DNA from: an uncultured virus (IMG/VR IMGVR_UViG_3300032560_000010)
Lineage: Duplodnaviria > Heunggongvirae > Uroviricota > Caudoviricetes
DNA length: 64,000 nucleotides
Strand: one strand, 5' to 3'
Virus record (IMG/VR): IMGVR_UViG_3300032560_000010
Span: 1 to 64,000 of that record
A program made the translations under genes and the position numbers. Below, piece by piece: positions 34,655 to 44,673 of the stretch. A model generated the notes under the pieces. That model did no database searches. It was given only the letters and a program-made list of their open reading frames with translations, and was not told the DNA's origin. How positions within the stretch are numbered: position 1 is the stretch's first letter; each line of letters starts with the position of its first letter.

Positions 34655-34687
34655 CTCTAAAATATAGTTCTTTATATTTATGTAAAT

Positions 34688-34721
34688 AAAAAAGCCGACA
34701 GAGTTTTATACTGTCGGCTTT
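34688..34721. terminator. intrinsic terminator
   Basis: aaagccgacag/ctgtcggcttt with U-tract on the minus strand. Confidence 0.85.
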
Positions 34722-34725
34722 AAAG

Positions 34726-36231
34726 TTAAGAAGATTTTCTCCATCTTCCTTTAATTACATTAATTAATTGTCGTTTTCCATTAGGATAAATTATACAATG
34801 GGTATTCATCCAACTAGACGGTCCATTTGTATATTCTAACGTTTTAGGAGTGCTACACCCAACTGAGTATGCCCCTTTATTTATTCCCGGTGTGTGAGAA
34901 TGTCCTATGACAACCTTATCTGAGAACCTAGCATATTGGTTAAGAGATCCTCTAGATCCGTTGGCCCCTATATCACCATGATTGGATAACTCAATACCTT
35001 TAATTTTGTAATTATCATTTCGACCTACAAATTTAATTTTATTGCCATTTTGCATTTCTACATACAACCTAAAAGGATCTGGACTCGAAATTGTAGAATA
35101 TGAATCCACATAATCTAACATTGCCCATGATATAAGATGATAAATTTTCGCATTCCAAGGTTGTCTATCTGGATCGCATTCATTCAACCAACGTTTTAGA
35201 TGGTCATGATGATTAGACGAAATGATAATGGAGTATGAATCTTTAGGTGTAGTGGTGTTGACAAAATCTACGGTTTGGTTTAACTCATCTTCTATTTTAT
35301 TTTTACCTGTGATAAATTTCGAATACTCTAAAAATTTATCTTTCCTGTGATGATGTGAAATTGTAAAACAATCCAAAACATCGTGTCTGACAATAACCTT
35401 TGGTTTAAGTACAGACACCATAGAATTTTTATTATAATACGTGGCGTTCGCTACATCTGGACATTTAACAAATACATGCTCATCTCCTGTGACTATAGCT
35501 TCGGCTCTATCTAGATTAGAAACACTATTTTTGGTGTAATACTTATCTATATCATAAAAACCATTATTATCGTCGGCATTTAATACTCTGATATGGTAAA
35601 TTTCTTCATCAATTTCTACAACTACAGCCGAATATGAATGATTAAATTCGGCTTTTTCTCCAGCTTTAGATTTGGTGTAAGATGGCTCAGATATAGTCCC
35701 GGTTGTATGCATAATCAACGGATGGTCATTTCTTTGTACAGGCAAAGAACGCATCTGAAGCTGATTATGCGGAACGATTAAGGATTTACCTTTAGATAAA
35801 ACATCTAATCCAGCTAACGGGTTTTCTGTTGTGGGAGATATATTGGTATTGGGAGAAAGAATGTCAACCATTCCTCTAATACTAGCCTTACTGGTGAACA
35901 GTTTAGATTCGTCTATCGCCCATTCAAGTTCATCATATAAATTTTTCTGATAAATCGTTGGAATAATGATTAATCCAGCATTATTGACTTGACAATATGT
36001 TAGTAACGCTGCATAAAATTCTTCATTTATATTAACATTATTTTGAATTGTGGTGATTACATATTTATCACCATAAAGTATCGTAGATGGTCCAAATTTA
36101 TGCTTAAAGCTAGTATCAACAAATCGTCTACCGCAGCTATTGCATAAGTAGGATTGTCTACGCTCTCCATTTCTATTTGAAACGCATCCTCTCTTTTGCA
36201 GCTTTAAGCTGCCACAAGAAGGACAAATCAT
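34726..36231 (-). CDS. T5 A1-like metallophosphoesterase/nuclease with N-terminal Zn ribbon
   Basis: CPSC...CNSC; GDEH, HDVLD, SNHHDHL, HGD.G.NGSRG, GHSH motifs. Confidence 0.65.
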   Translation of the reverse strand: MICPSCGSLKLQKRGCVSNRNGERRQSYLCNSCGRRFVDTSFKHKFGPSTILYGDKYVITTIQNNVNINEEFYAALLTYCQVNNAGLIIIPTIYQKNLYDELEWAIDESKLFTSKASIRGMVDILSPNTNISPTTENPLAGLDVLSKGKSLIVPHNQLQMRSLPVQRNDHPLIMHTTGTISEPSYTKSKAGEKAEFNHSYSAVVVEIDEEIYHIRVLNADDNNGFYDIDKYYTKNSVSNLDRAEAIVTGDEHVFVKCPDVANATYYNKNSMVSVLKPKVIVRHDVLDCFTISHHHRKDKFLEYSKFITGKNKIEDELNQTVDFVNTTTPKDSYSIIISSNHHDHLKRWLNECDPDRQPWNAKIYHLISWAMLDYVDSYSTISSPDPFRLYVEMQNGNKIKFVGRNDNYKIKGIELSNHGDIGANGSRGSLNQYARFSDKVVIGHSHTPGINKGAYSVGCSTPKTLEYTNGPSSWMNTHCIIYPNGKRQLINVIKGRWRKSS

Positions 36232-36245
36232 ATTAATTCCTTATA

Positions 36246-36458
36246 TTATTGATTCGCTTTTCTATCAGCTAATACTTGTTCTAAAGCTTCTTCACCATAA
36301 TCTTTCGCATATGAAGTGAATATTCTTTTAGCAGATTCCCATAAAATAGAAGCCAAAACTATCAAATCATTGTAGCTATCACACATACCGATTTCACGTT
36401 CTATAGACTTCGTGATTCTTTCTCTCATTTCTTTCTGAGAAGAACTTAATGGCATCAT
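36246..36458 (-). CDS. hypothetical protein
   Basis: AGGAG RBS. Confidence 0.65.
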   Translation of the reverse strand: MMPLSSSQKEMRERITKSIEREIGMCDSYNDLIVLASILWESAKRIFTSYAKDYGEEALEQVLADRKANQ

Positions 36459-36651
36459 GGGGGTTTCTCCTAACCTGTTACAGTTATTTAGGAGAAGCCG
36501 CCTCTTTCCTGATATATCTATTTGGATTAATTACCCATCCTTTAGTAGGATCGAAATATGATACATTCCTTTTAAATCGAGGCTCATTCGAAATTGTTTC
36601 GAATTCCGAATATTCAAGAAAGCTCATTAAGTTCTTCTTCATAAATTTTCC

Positions 36652-36894
36652 TTAAACGTCCATCCCAATAGCTGCCTTATAGGTTTCTAGGATTGTTTCG
36701 TCTTGAAGTCTCTCGTCTCGTGTCTTCTTACGAAGTTTTACAATTTCTTTCAAAATCTTAACTTCAAATCCGTTTGACTTGGCTTCAATGTAAATATCCT
36801 TTCTGTCATCTTGTGATCCCTTGATTTCTTCATTGATATTCTCAATTCTTTCAATATAACGCTTAAGTTGTTCTTCTGTGGATGTAATGCTCAT
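36652..36894 (-). CDS. gapR: GapR/DUF2312-family nucleoid-associated protein
   Basis: QLKRYIERIE...KDIY.EAKSNGF..KIL.EIVKLRK...YK.AIGM. Confidence 0.85.
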   Translation of the reverse strand: MSITSTEEQLKRYIERIENINEEIKGSQDDRKDIYIEAKSNGFEVKILKEIVKLRKKTRDERLQDETILETYKAAIGMDV

Positions 36895-36906
36895 AATATA
36901 TTCTCC

Positions 36907-38265
36907 TTAAAATCTAATTCCTTGACCATTAAATTTTGATTTTTGGTCATCTTCTATTAACGGTTTAGTTTGGGTAACATTATTATCATCTATGTCATAT
37001 AATTTCATCCTTGATCTATCAATTCCAACAACAAATCTTGTATAATAATCTAAAGGGCCGTATCTATTTTTTAATTGTTTCATCATTAGTTGATGAGCAG
37101 CTTCTAACTCTTCAGTTGATATGAGAGCTAAAACCAGATCAGCTGTATGAACAATACCCATAGATTCAGATGTGGCGGTTAAATCTACATCTGAAACATT
37201 GTAGCCATCTCTATTAAATTGAGTGGCAGTGACAATTGGAACATCAAATTCGACTGCTAATGCTCTCACCTCTTCTGCTACAGATTTTACATAACCATAG
37301 CTACCGCCGGGACCACCCATTTTAACTCTGGATGAGATACAAATATTTAAGTAATCGATGTAAATAATATCTGGAATAAAATTCTTCTTGACCTTCAACT
37401 CATTAAGAAGATGTCTAAAATGTGAAGCCCCGGCAGAAGAGGTTGGATATTCTTTAACTATCAATTTACCAGTAGTTTTATCTTGAATTGATTTTATCTT
37501 CTTTAAAAAGGTTTCCTTGGGAAGCAATTCAATATCATCCATCGGCATATTCATAAGATTAGCATCGATACGCTGAGAAATTGCTTCTTCTGACATCTCT
37601 AGAGTAATATAGAGAACATTTTTTCCTTGCTTAAGGTTATTGGCCGCAAAATGGCACATCAGAGCAGTTTTACCAACACCTGATGCTGCTATTAGAAAAT
37701 TAAGCGTCTTGCGTTTTAGACCACCTTTGGTAATTTTATTTAAAAGATCTATATCAAATGGAATTTTATACTCAGATTGATGATAAAATTCATATCTGGA
37801 TTCTGCATCCTCTGTATAATCGTGCCCAATATTATTGTCAAATGACACACTGAGAGCTTTAGTGAGTAGATCTGGAATTAATCCTCTACTAGTTTCGGCA
37901 TTCTTTTCTCCAAGAATTTCAATAGAGCCTTGAATCGCATTACAAAGCGCCCTATATTGACAATATTTTTCAGTCTCATCAATAAGCCATTCAGTGTCAT
38001 CCATTGTAAGATTCTGAAGGCCATCTATTCTGGCCTTCAGATCGTTATATTGTACTTCGGTTAAGCCAGTTATTTTCTCGTAAGAAATTTCTAGCACTTC
38101 TTTTGTAGGAATTTTATTGTAACGTTGAACAAATACATTTATCAATTTAAATAATATTTGTTCGGTTGTAGAAGTAAAATATTCTTTGTCTAGATAAGGA
38201 ATAGCTCGTCTAGAAAAATCTTCATTACAAATAAGATTATTAATAATCGTTTCTTCAAGTTTCAT
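36907..38265 (-). CDS. 41: replicative helicase (gp41)
   Basis: GVGKT, ITLEM, IDYLNI, QLKNRY. Confidence 0.95.
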   Translation of the reverse strand: MKLEETIINNLICNEDFSRRAIPYLDKEYFTSTTEQILFKLINVFVQRYNKIPTKEVLEISYEKITGLTEVQYNDLKARIDGLQNLTMDDTEWLIDETEKYCQYRALCNAIQGSIEILGEKNAETSRGLIPDLLTKALSVSFDNNIGHDYTEDAESRYEFYHQSEYKIPFDIDLLNKITKGGLKRKTLNFLIAASGVGKTALMCHFAANNLKQGKNVLYITLEMSEEAISQRIDANLMNMPMDDIELLPKETFLKKIKSIQDKTTGKLIVKEYPTSSAGASHFRHLLNELKVKKNFIPDIIYIDYLNICISSRVKMGGPGGSYGYVKSVAEEVRALAVEFDVPIVTATQFNRDGYNVSDVDLTATSESMGIVHTADLVLALISTEELEAAHQLMMKQLKNRYGPLDYYTRFVVGIDRSRMKLYDIDDNNVTQTKPLIEDDQKSKFNGQGIRF

Positions 38266-38276
38266 TTAAAGTCCTA

Positions 38277-39368
38277 TTATTCCGAGTCGTCTATATCATC
38301 CAACTCTTCATCTAATTCTATACCAATATCGTCTACAATTATAGATCCGTTGGCAACTCTATAATTATCCTCCACCCATTTAGCAAACGAAGGTGAATTT
38401 AAAATAGGATCCCAGAACTCTTTATTATTGGTTCCAGCTTCTCTATAATTCTTATCTTCAATTTCACCAGTTTCCATATTGACACGTTGATACCACCCTT
38501 GCTTTGGTTTGATAACATGCCCAGAAATAAGTGCCATATCTAGCAATCCCGACCAGCGCATAATACCGCCATCGTATCTAACTGAAATTGCGATTTTAGA
38601 TTTCTCTCTCACATATCTTGATTTTTCAACATTGACGATAAAATCGTAACCTAAAATTTCACCAGTTTTAATTGATTTTTCTTGTTGACGACCAATAATA
38701 AAAATATTATCGGCAGAATAATATGAGCCTGTTCCTCCACCAACTTTTTTAATCTTACCACCACTTGCTATGTCATCATATGTGTGATTGACTGTTATAA
38801 GCGGAATATCCTTGATTGTCAAGTGCGGAGTTATCATTCGAAATAACCCTTTGAGCTGTTTAGCTCTAGTCATATCTTCAGCGCCATTTTCCTTCAGGGC
38901 ATTATCTACCTCTCTCTTAGAGGCAGAGTTTCCGATGGAATCGACTAAAATAATGACATGTTCGCCACGCTTGATGTCATCTAACTGGTGCATAATATCG
39001 AATTTAAGTTCTTCAATGTTCATAATCGGAACATGCCAAACTTTTGATGTATCAATACCAAAAGCCTCGAAATATCCTTGAGGGCTACCAAATTCGGTAT
39101 CATAGAATATCATGACGGCATCAGGATACTTATCCATGTAGGATTTGGCCAGTAGTAAGCTGAAAGCAGTTTTAAAATGTTTAGATGGACCAGCCCACAT
39201 AGTGTGGCCGGGAGTCAAACCTCCTGCCAAAACCCCAGATAATGCAATATTTATTGCAGGAACTGGTGTTTGAATTACATCTTTTTCGTTGAAGAATTTT
39301 GATTTTTCTAAAATAGATGCATCTGCAATAGTAGAATTTTTCTTAAATCGTTTTAAAAGTTCAGACAT
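38277..39368 (-). CDS. uvsX: RecA-like recombinase
   Basis: AGPSKHFKT, DMTRAKQLK. Confidence 0.95.
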   Translation of the reverse strand: MSELLKRFKKNSTIADASILEKSKFFNEKDVIQTPVPAINIALSGVLAGGLTPGHTMWAGPSKHFKTAFSLLLAKSYMDKYPDAVMIFYDTEFGSPQGYFEAFGIDTSKVWHVPIMNIEELKFDIMHQLDDIKRGEHVIILVDSIGNSASKREVDNALKENGAEDMTRAKQLKGLFRMITPHLTIKDIPLITVNHTYDDIASGGKIKKVGGGTGSYYSADNIFIIGRQQEKSIKTGEILGYDFIVNVEKSRYVREKSKIAISVRYDGGIMRWSGLLDMALISGHVIKPKQGWYQRVNMETGEIEDKNYREAGTNNKEFWDPILNSPSFAKWVEDNYRVANGSIIVDDIGIELDEELDDIDDSE

Positions 39369-39377
39369 TTAAATTCC

Positions 39378-41888
39378 TTAAAATAAACTAGCACTGTCTT
39401 CGGACTTCCATCCTATGACATCACATATAGTTTTAATTGGGCTATGGAAAGTTGCGTTAAATTGTTTGTCATAATCAACAAACTGATCTAATCCTAATTG
39501 TTTAGGTAACACATCGACAATGGATATCACATTTTCATGTGCTGGGTTTGGCATCTTCATATAACAGTATTTTATCTTGGACCCATCCGATATCCTTTCA
39601 TACTTCATTTCTAGGCCATTGTCAAGCAATAATTTATTATAGACAAGCGCACCTCTTGAATGAATAGGAGTCCCCCCCGAATAAAGGTGGACCTCATCAT
39701 AGTATTTATCCACGTTTGAACATGTTTTGGCAGAGGAAATGTCTTCTATAGGATAAGTTTTAAACTCCTCTCTAAAAGATTCCACTAGATCAACTAATTG
39801 ATCTTCCGTGCCAGACAAAAATATTTTTAAGGCTTCTTTCATCCTAGTGCGACATATTTCTGGGGTAGAAGATTTCACAACTTCCAATCCAACTGCCTTT
39901 ATATAAGGTTCGCTTAATCGGTTACCTTCATTATCCCAGACAAGTAACGCATAATTCTTTTTCTTTCTCCAAATTCCACGTTCAGCAATAACTTCTCGTT
40001 TCATTTTCAAAAATTGTTTATACGCATTCGATGAATCAGCTATTTCTTGAAAATTATTATTAATAACAACTTCAAGACGTTGCTTACATACTTTATCAAT
40101 AAATGTAATGATTTCATCTTTAGATTTATCATTACAATATTTTTTTATCATTGGAGTTAATTGGAGATAAACAGAGTCGGTATCTGTTGCAATCCAATAT
40201 TTACCCGGCCCAACCATTTTAATCATGTAATCTTCTAACGATTGTCCGACATATTGAATATAGTATTGGCCGCTGATTGTGATAGCCTCGGCAAAATCAA
40301 CTTGATACCACCTAAAACTACTGTTGCCGATAGCCCCGTATAAGGAGTTTAGGATGACTTTAAATGCCAACTGCATAATGTTGGCTCTATTTGCCTCTGC
40401 CGCCTGTATGGCTTGTTCTGACGAATCTCCGGCTATCTTAGCAGCTTCTACCTTTCTTTCGGCACTCTGCATTATTTTTTTCCAGTAATCTCTCTTTTCT
40501 GTAATAAGTAAGATCAATTCTGGAAAAATTCCAATCTTATCACGACGCCAGCAGGTTCCATTCATGGCCACCGCATAATCCCCTACTTCACTGATATCTG
40601 GTAATCCACTATCTAATAAATTTAAAACATATGGATAGTTAGATAACTTTTTCACAAAAGTATCAGGACTCATATTGTATTGGACCATTAAGCTTGGATA
40701 CAAACTTTTAACGTCGAAAGATGTTACCCAACCATGGGCACCAATTACAGGATCCTTAACGAATGCCCCTTTATATTTTGCATCTTTTCTTCCACTAGCA
40801 TACTTATTCACAATCATACCATTATCCATCATATGATTGTGAATGATTATATCCCATAGAAGAACCGAAGTAAAACAATCTTCAATATTAATTTTAGCAG
40901 TATATGCAATGGCCAATGCCAAGTCTATAAGAGTTAATTTTTCTTCTAGTCTAGTAACTAGCTCAACGTCTTGAATATTATATTCTATGAATAGTTGTGG
41001 ATTTTTAGAATACAAATCATCCAAAGACTCATAATCAGAGTAATCTAATTTCTTTTCTTTTAATTCAACGTATGAAATATGATTTAACTTATAGCTTTCT
41101 TGGGTTTTACCAGAAAATTCTATGTAAAGCCGACGATAATCTAAAATGGCAACTCCATATAATCGATAAACTGTTTTAAATTTATCTTTATATACCTCTA
41201 CCTCTCGTTCGCCTATAATCCCAAATGGTGAAAGTCTTTTAGCAATTTCCTCGCCTAACAGGTGTTTGATCCTATTATAGATGTACGGAATATCGAACAA
41301 TTCAATATACCAACCAGTTACGATATCAAATGCCATATTTTTCCAAAATCTTAAAAATTTTGAAATCAAATCTATTTCATCTGAACATTTTATCTGAATA
41401 ATATCATCTCTATGCTTCTTATAATCGCAGAAATGAAATACATAAAATGTGCGGCGGAATTCAACTGTTATGGCAGTTATCTCGAATTCAGCTTTATATG
41501 GATCTGGTACGACAGATTTACTACCAGACTTGGTTTCAATATCGATATTAGCAATACGTAGCTGGTTTCTATCGAATTTCACCTCATTTGGAAAGGTTTC
41601 ATTTAAGAAATTATATACCCACTTTTCACTTCCCCAATATTCACGATCCTTTAAATTATCAATATTGTCATTAGCCTTTATCCAATCCCGAGCCTCACTC
41701 ATAGAATTAAAAGTGATATCTTTAAGATTAATATTATCAATCGAATTGAATGGTGACTCAACATCTCCATCATTTCTGACATATAAAGTAGGCTCATACT
41801 TAACTTTACGGTGGAGTTTCTTACCGTCCTCATACATGGAATAATAAATTAAGTTGCCACGTCTAAAACATTCTGTATAAAATTTCAT
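39378..41888 (-). CDS. 43: DNA polymerase B (gp43), uninterrupted
   Basis: DIET, SFDVKSLYPS, KVILNSLYG, DTDS. Confidence 0.97.
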   Translation of the reverse strand: MKFYTECFRRGNLIYYSMYEDGKKLHRKVKYEPTLYVRNDGDVESPFNSIDNINLKDITFNSMSEARDWIKANDNIDNLKDREYWGSEKWVYNFLNETFPNEVKFDRNQLRIANIDIETKSGSKSVVPDPYKAEFEITAITVEFRRTFYVFHFCDYKKHRDDIIQIKCSDEIDLISKFLRFWKNMAFDIVTGWYIELFDIPYIYNRIKHLLGEEIAKRLSPFGIIGEREVEVYKDKFKTVYRLYGVAILDYRRLYIEFSGKTQESYKLNHISYVELKEKKLDYSDYESLDDLYSKNPQLFIEYNIQDVELVTRLEEKLTLIDLALAIAYTAKINIEDCFTSVLLWDIIIHNHMMDNGMIVNKYASGRKDAKYKGAFVKDPVIGAHGWVTSFDVKSLYPSLMVQYNMSPDTFVKKLSNYPYVLNLLDSGLPDISEVGDYAVAMNGTCWRRDKIGIFPELILLITEKRDYWKKIMQSAERKVEAAKIAGDSSEQAIQAAEANRANIMQLAFKVILNSLYGAIGNSSFRWYQVDFAEAITISGQYYIQYVGQSLEDYMIKMVGPGKYWIATDTDSVYLQLTPMIKKYCNDKSKDEIITFIDKVCKQRLEVVINNNFQEIADSSNAYKQFLKMKREVIAERGIWRKKKNYALLVWDNEGNRLSEPYIKAVGLEVVKSSTPEICRTRMKEALKIFLSGTEDQLVDLVESFREEFKTYPIEDISSAKTCSNVDKYYDEVHLYSGGTPIHSRGALVYNKLLLDNGLEMKYERISDGSKIKYCYMKMPNPAHENVISIVDVLPKQLGLDQFVDYDKQFNATFHSPIKTICDVIGWKSEDSASLF

Positions 41889-41903
41889 TTTAACTCCAAA
41901 TCA

Positions 41904-42662
41904 TTAATCTAATGAATATTCCTTATCCTCTGCATGAGCCAAGAAATCATTCAGTTTATCTATTTTACCAAGATTTCGCAAAGACTTAAACACTAGATTT
42001 TCTAATGCAAATTCTCCAGATTTTTGAATACCAGAGGATCGCATTTTATAAAATCTACGTTTAAGAGACTTAATCTGTTCAATTTTTTTCTTGGTTGAAA
42101 ATGAAATATCGCTGGTTAACCCATCGATCTGTTTCATATAATATTTAATTTTTCTGATCATATGGGGGTCATCGTATGATGATTGCACATCTCGTTTAGA
42201 AGGTTTAGAAATCCATTTCTCGTGTATCAGAGAATATACTCCTTGGTCAGATTTAGGAATCTCGGATTTATGATCTTCTGCATACAACTCTACCGGATAT
42301 CCCTTTACCCTTATATGAGGATGATGCACAGCCCATAGAACTTTCTTATCATACAACCAATCTTCGACAATATCAAGATCTTTTATCACCTTTCCTAGAT
42401 CGACAATTAAATGTATGTCTATGTCACTGGCATTTGTATAATTATAATTACAATTTCCCCCTGTGATGACAATATCTTTAATGGCAGAAAATGGGATCCT
42501 AGAAAAGTCTGCCCAATCATGGGCAATCCGTATCAATGCCTGATGTACATCAGATCTTAACGTATCATGATCATCCCAAATTTTTGAATTTAATGTATCA
42601 TGATATGCAAGAGTAGTATCAAATTTTTCTTTTGCTTCTATAAAATGTGAAAATGAAACCAT
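41904..42662 (-). CDS. Pol-beta-family nucleotidyltransferase, putative virion-packaged
   Basis: TGGNCNYNY...SDIDIH; MVSFSHFIE leader; CATAAATA at 42698-42705. Confidence 0.7.
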   Translation of the reverse strand: MVSFSHFIEAKEKFDTTLAYHDTLNSKIWDDHDTLRSDVHQALIRIAHDWADFSRIPFSAIKDIVITGGNCNYNYTNASDIDIHLIVDLGKVIKDLDIVEDWLYDKKVLWAVHHPHIRVKGYPVELYAEDHKSEIPKSDQGVYSLIHEKWISKPSKRDVQSSYDDPHMIRKIKYYMKQIDGLTSDISFSTKKKIEQIKSLKRRFYKMRSSGIQKSGEFALENLVFKSLRNLGKIDKLNDFLAHAEDKEYSLD

Positions 42663-42717
42663 CGAAACCTTCTATTGTATAAATATGATAGATACAGTAT
42701 TTATGTTTCGGAGAATA

Positions 42718-43245
42718 ATGATGTTTTTGATACCAACACCTTATAAATTTCTAATTGCGATTTTAGGAGCTTTCTCTTTATTATTAGGAGGATTTTTCTA
42801 TGGAAGACATGTTGGGAATTTGGATTCTAAAGTAGCCATAGCGAATTTTAATCAAAAGGCGCAAGCTACCCAAGTAGTTTATCAAAAAGTAGCTGGTCCA
42901 GCTACTACAAAAATAGTGACACAGTATGTTGATAGATGGCATACTATCAAGGAGAATGAAGATGTTAATAAACAAATCGCTGAAAATGTTGTGCCTGACC
43001 ATGGCATTCTTAGCAACGGCTGGGTGCGGACATACAATAATTCAGCCGCAGCTACAGCCATTGATCCTGCCAGCGCAGCTGACGCAACGCCCTCAGGAGT
43101 TGCAGCCAATCAAGCTCTTGGCACCATCACAGACAATAACGCAACCTGTAATAGTTGGAAAGCCCAATTAAATGCACTTCTAGACGCTATCGAGGCACAT
43201 AACAATGCAATTGATCAAGCAAATTCAGGAAAGCCTTTAAAATGA
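42718..43245 (+). CDS. i-spanin (Rz-like)
   Basis: N-terminal TM plus Ala-rich periplasmic domain; adjacent to the endolysin; TATAAATA at 42678-42685. Confidence 0.8.
   Translation: MMFLIPTPYKFLIAILGAFSLLLGGFFYGRHVGNLDSKVAIANFNQKAQATQVVYQKVAGPATTKIVTQYVDRWHTIKENEDVNKQIAENVVPDHGILSNGWVRTYNNSAAATAIDPASAADATPSGVAANQALGTITDNNATCNSWKAQLNALLDAIEAHNNAIDQANSGKPLK
42962..43171 (+). CDS. o-spanin (Rz1-like lipoprotein) embedded in the +1 frame
   Basis: MLINKSLKMLCLTMAFLATAG-C lipobox; P/Q-rich mature part; GGAG RBS. Confidence 0.75.
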   Translation: MLINKSLKMLCLTMAFLATAGCGHTIIQPQLQPLILPAQLTQRPQELQPIKLLAPSQTITQPVIVGKPN

Positions 43246-43862
43246 ATCAGACAATATTAGAACTACAACAAAAAATTGGTATCAAAAATCCAGATGGGGT
43301 ATGGGGAAAAGAAACTTATTCCGCCGCAAAAAACTACTTTAATTTGACCAAAGATAGAGCTGCACATTTTTTCGGTCAGTGCGCTCATGAATCTTGGAAT
43401 TTTACAGAATTTTCAGAAAATTTACATTATTCTGCTGAAAGATTAAAAGAAGTATTTCCAAAGTATTTCCCAACAGATGAAATTGCCAACAATTATGCCA
43501 ATAACCCAGAAAAAATAGCGTCTAGAGTGTATGCTAATCGAATGGGTAATGGTGATGAAGCCAGCCAAGATGGGTGGAATTTCAGAGGTAGAGGTGCAAT
43601 CCAGACAACAGGAAAATACCAATATACTTTACTTTCACATCATCTGAACAATCCAGACATAATTAAAACCCCAGATATCGTATCTACAAACGAAGCATTC
43701 GAATCTGCATTATTCTTTTTCGACCAAAACGGGTTATGGAAAATATGTGATGGAGGGGTAAATCTAGCTAATGTGAAAAAAATTACTAAAATAATTAATG
43801 GTGGATATGATAGATTAGATGACAGAATGAATAAAGTTAAATTATTTTCTACTTGGAATTAA
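43242..43862 (+). CDS. GH19 endolysin with peptidoglycan-binding N-terminus
   Basis: LQ..IG..PDG.WG..T; HFFGQCAHES; FRGRGAIQTTG; INGG. Confidence 0.9.
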   Translation: MNQTILELQQKIGIKNPDGVWGKETYSAAKNYFNLTKDRAAHFFGQCAHESWNFTEFSENLHYSAERLKEVFPKYFPTDEIANNYANNPEKIASRVYANRMGNGDEASQDGWNFRGRGAIQTTGKYQYTLLSHHLNNPDIIKTPDIVSTNEAFESALFFFDQNGLWKICDGGVNLANVKKITKIINGGYDRLDDRMNKVKLFSTWN

Positions 43863-43863
43863 G

Positions 43864-43891
43864 AAAAGAGGGGAATTATTCCCCTCTTTTT
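43864..43891. terminator. bidirectional terminator
   Basis: aaaagaggggaa/ttcccctctttt between convergent genes. Confidence 0.85.
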
Positions 43892-44294
43892 ATTTTTTAA
43901 CACCAATACTATATTTTGGTTGTAATATCCATTTACTCTTATCTTTATGAGATATAATTTTAAGATGAGATATCGGCACAACCGGAGTAGATGTCTTAGA
44001 TGGATCTACAATGGTAATTAGTTCCCATTCATCTAAAAGATTTATGATGCTATTTCGTCTGGCTGCGTCATTTTCTGAAAAATCAGTATGACGTTTACCA
44101 TCCAATAAAAATAGTTCCTTAAAGTGAACGATGTAATATTTACCTTGTTTATGTAAAATATGACAAGATTGAAATAATGTATTCGTTCTCTTTGATGCCA
44201 CACCAATTCGTGTGAGGGTTTCTTTGACTAATAGGAACCCGTCATCGTCGTTTAATTTTACTTCGATTAAATTTTCAATCATTTTATCCACCAA
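43890..44294 (-). CDS. regA: translational repressor RegA
   Basis: KETLTRIG, QSCHILHKQGKYYIVHFKE. Confidence 0.95.
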   Translation of the reverse strand: MVDKMIENLIEVKLNDDDGFLLVKETLTRIGVASKRTNTLFQSCHILHKQGKYYIVHFKELFLLDGKRHTDFSENDAARRNSIINLLDEWELITIVDPSKTSTPVVPISHLKIISHKDKSKWILQPKYSIGVKK

Positions 44295-44673
44295 TTTCTG
44301 TTTTTTTTATTATTTCACTTAACTGTTCCGTAGTCAAAACAAGAAGATATTCTTCTGCCTTCGTATAATTACAGTTAAAATATATAGAAATTTTCTCTAC
44401 TTCATCTGAAATAATACGTTTTGAATGCTTCGCAGATATACGCTTTCTCTTATTTAGAGAATGAAAATAATAGTCATATTGCATGATTGCTGGTAAATTT
44501 GGATATTTATTTATCTCATTGGCATATAAACAGCTATCACTAAAATATGATAGAGTTTTATTTGTCAACCATTTATTATATCCTGATAACGCTAGATCAG
44601 GATCAATTGCGTCCCTAACAAAATTATTTTTTGTATGTGAGACTGCGTTTATATAATCAAACGGACCACTCAT
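44284..44673 (-). CDS. 62: clamp loader small subunit (gp62)
   Basis: Synteny; ANE.N, QYDYY, KRKR, terminal GG. Confidence 0.9.
   Translation of the reverse strand: MSGPFDYINAVSHTKNNFVRDAIDPDLALSGYNKWLTNKTLSYFSDSCLYANEINKYPNLPAIMQYDYYFHSLNKRKRISAKHSKRIISDEVEKISIYFNCNYTKAEEYLLVLTTEQLSEIIKKTEIGG

Noticed and set aside
34726..36231. IS1 transposase
   Set aside because: Only the Zn ribbon is similar; there is no DDE domain or terminal repeats.
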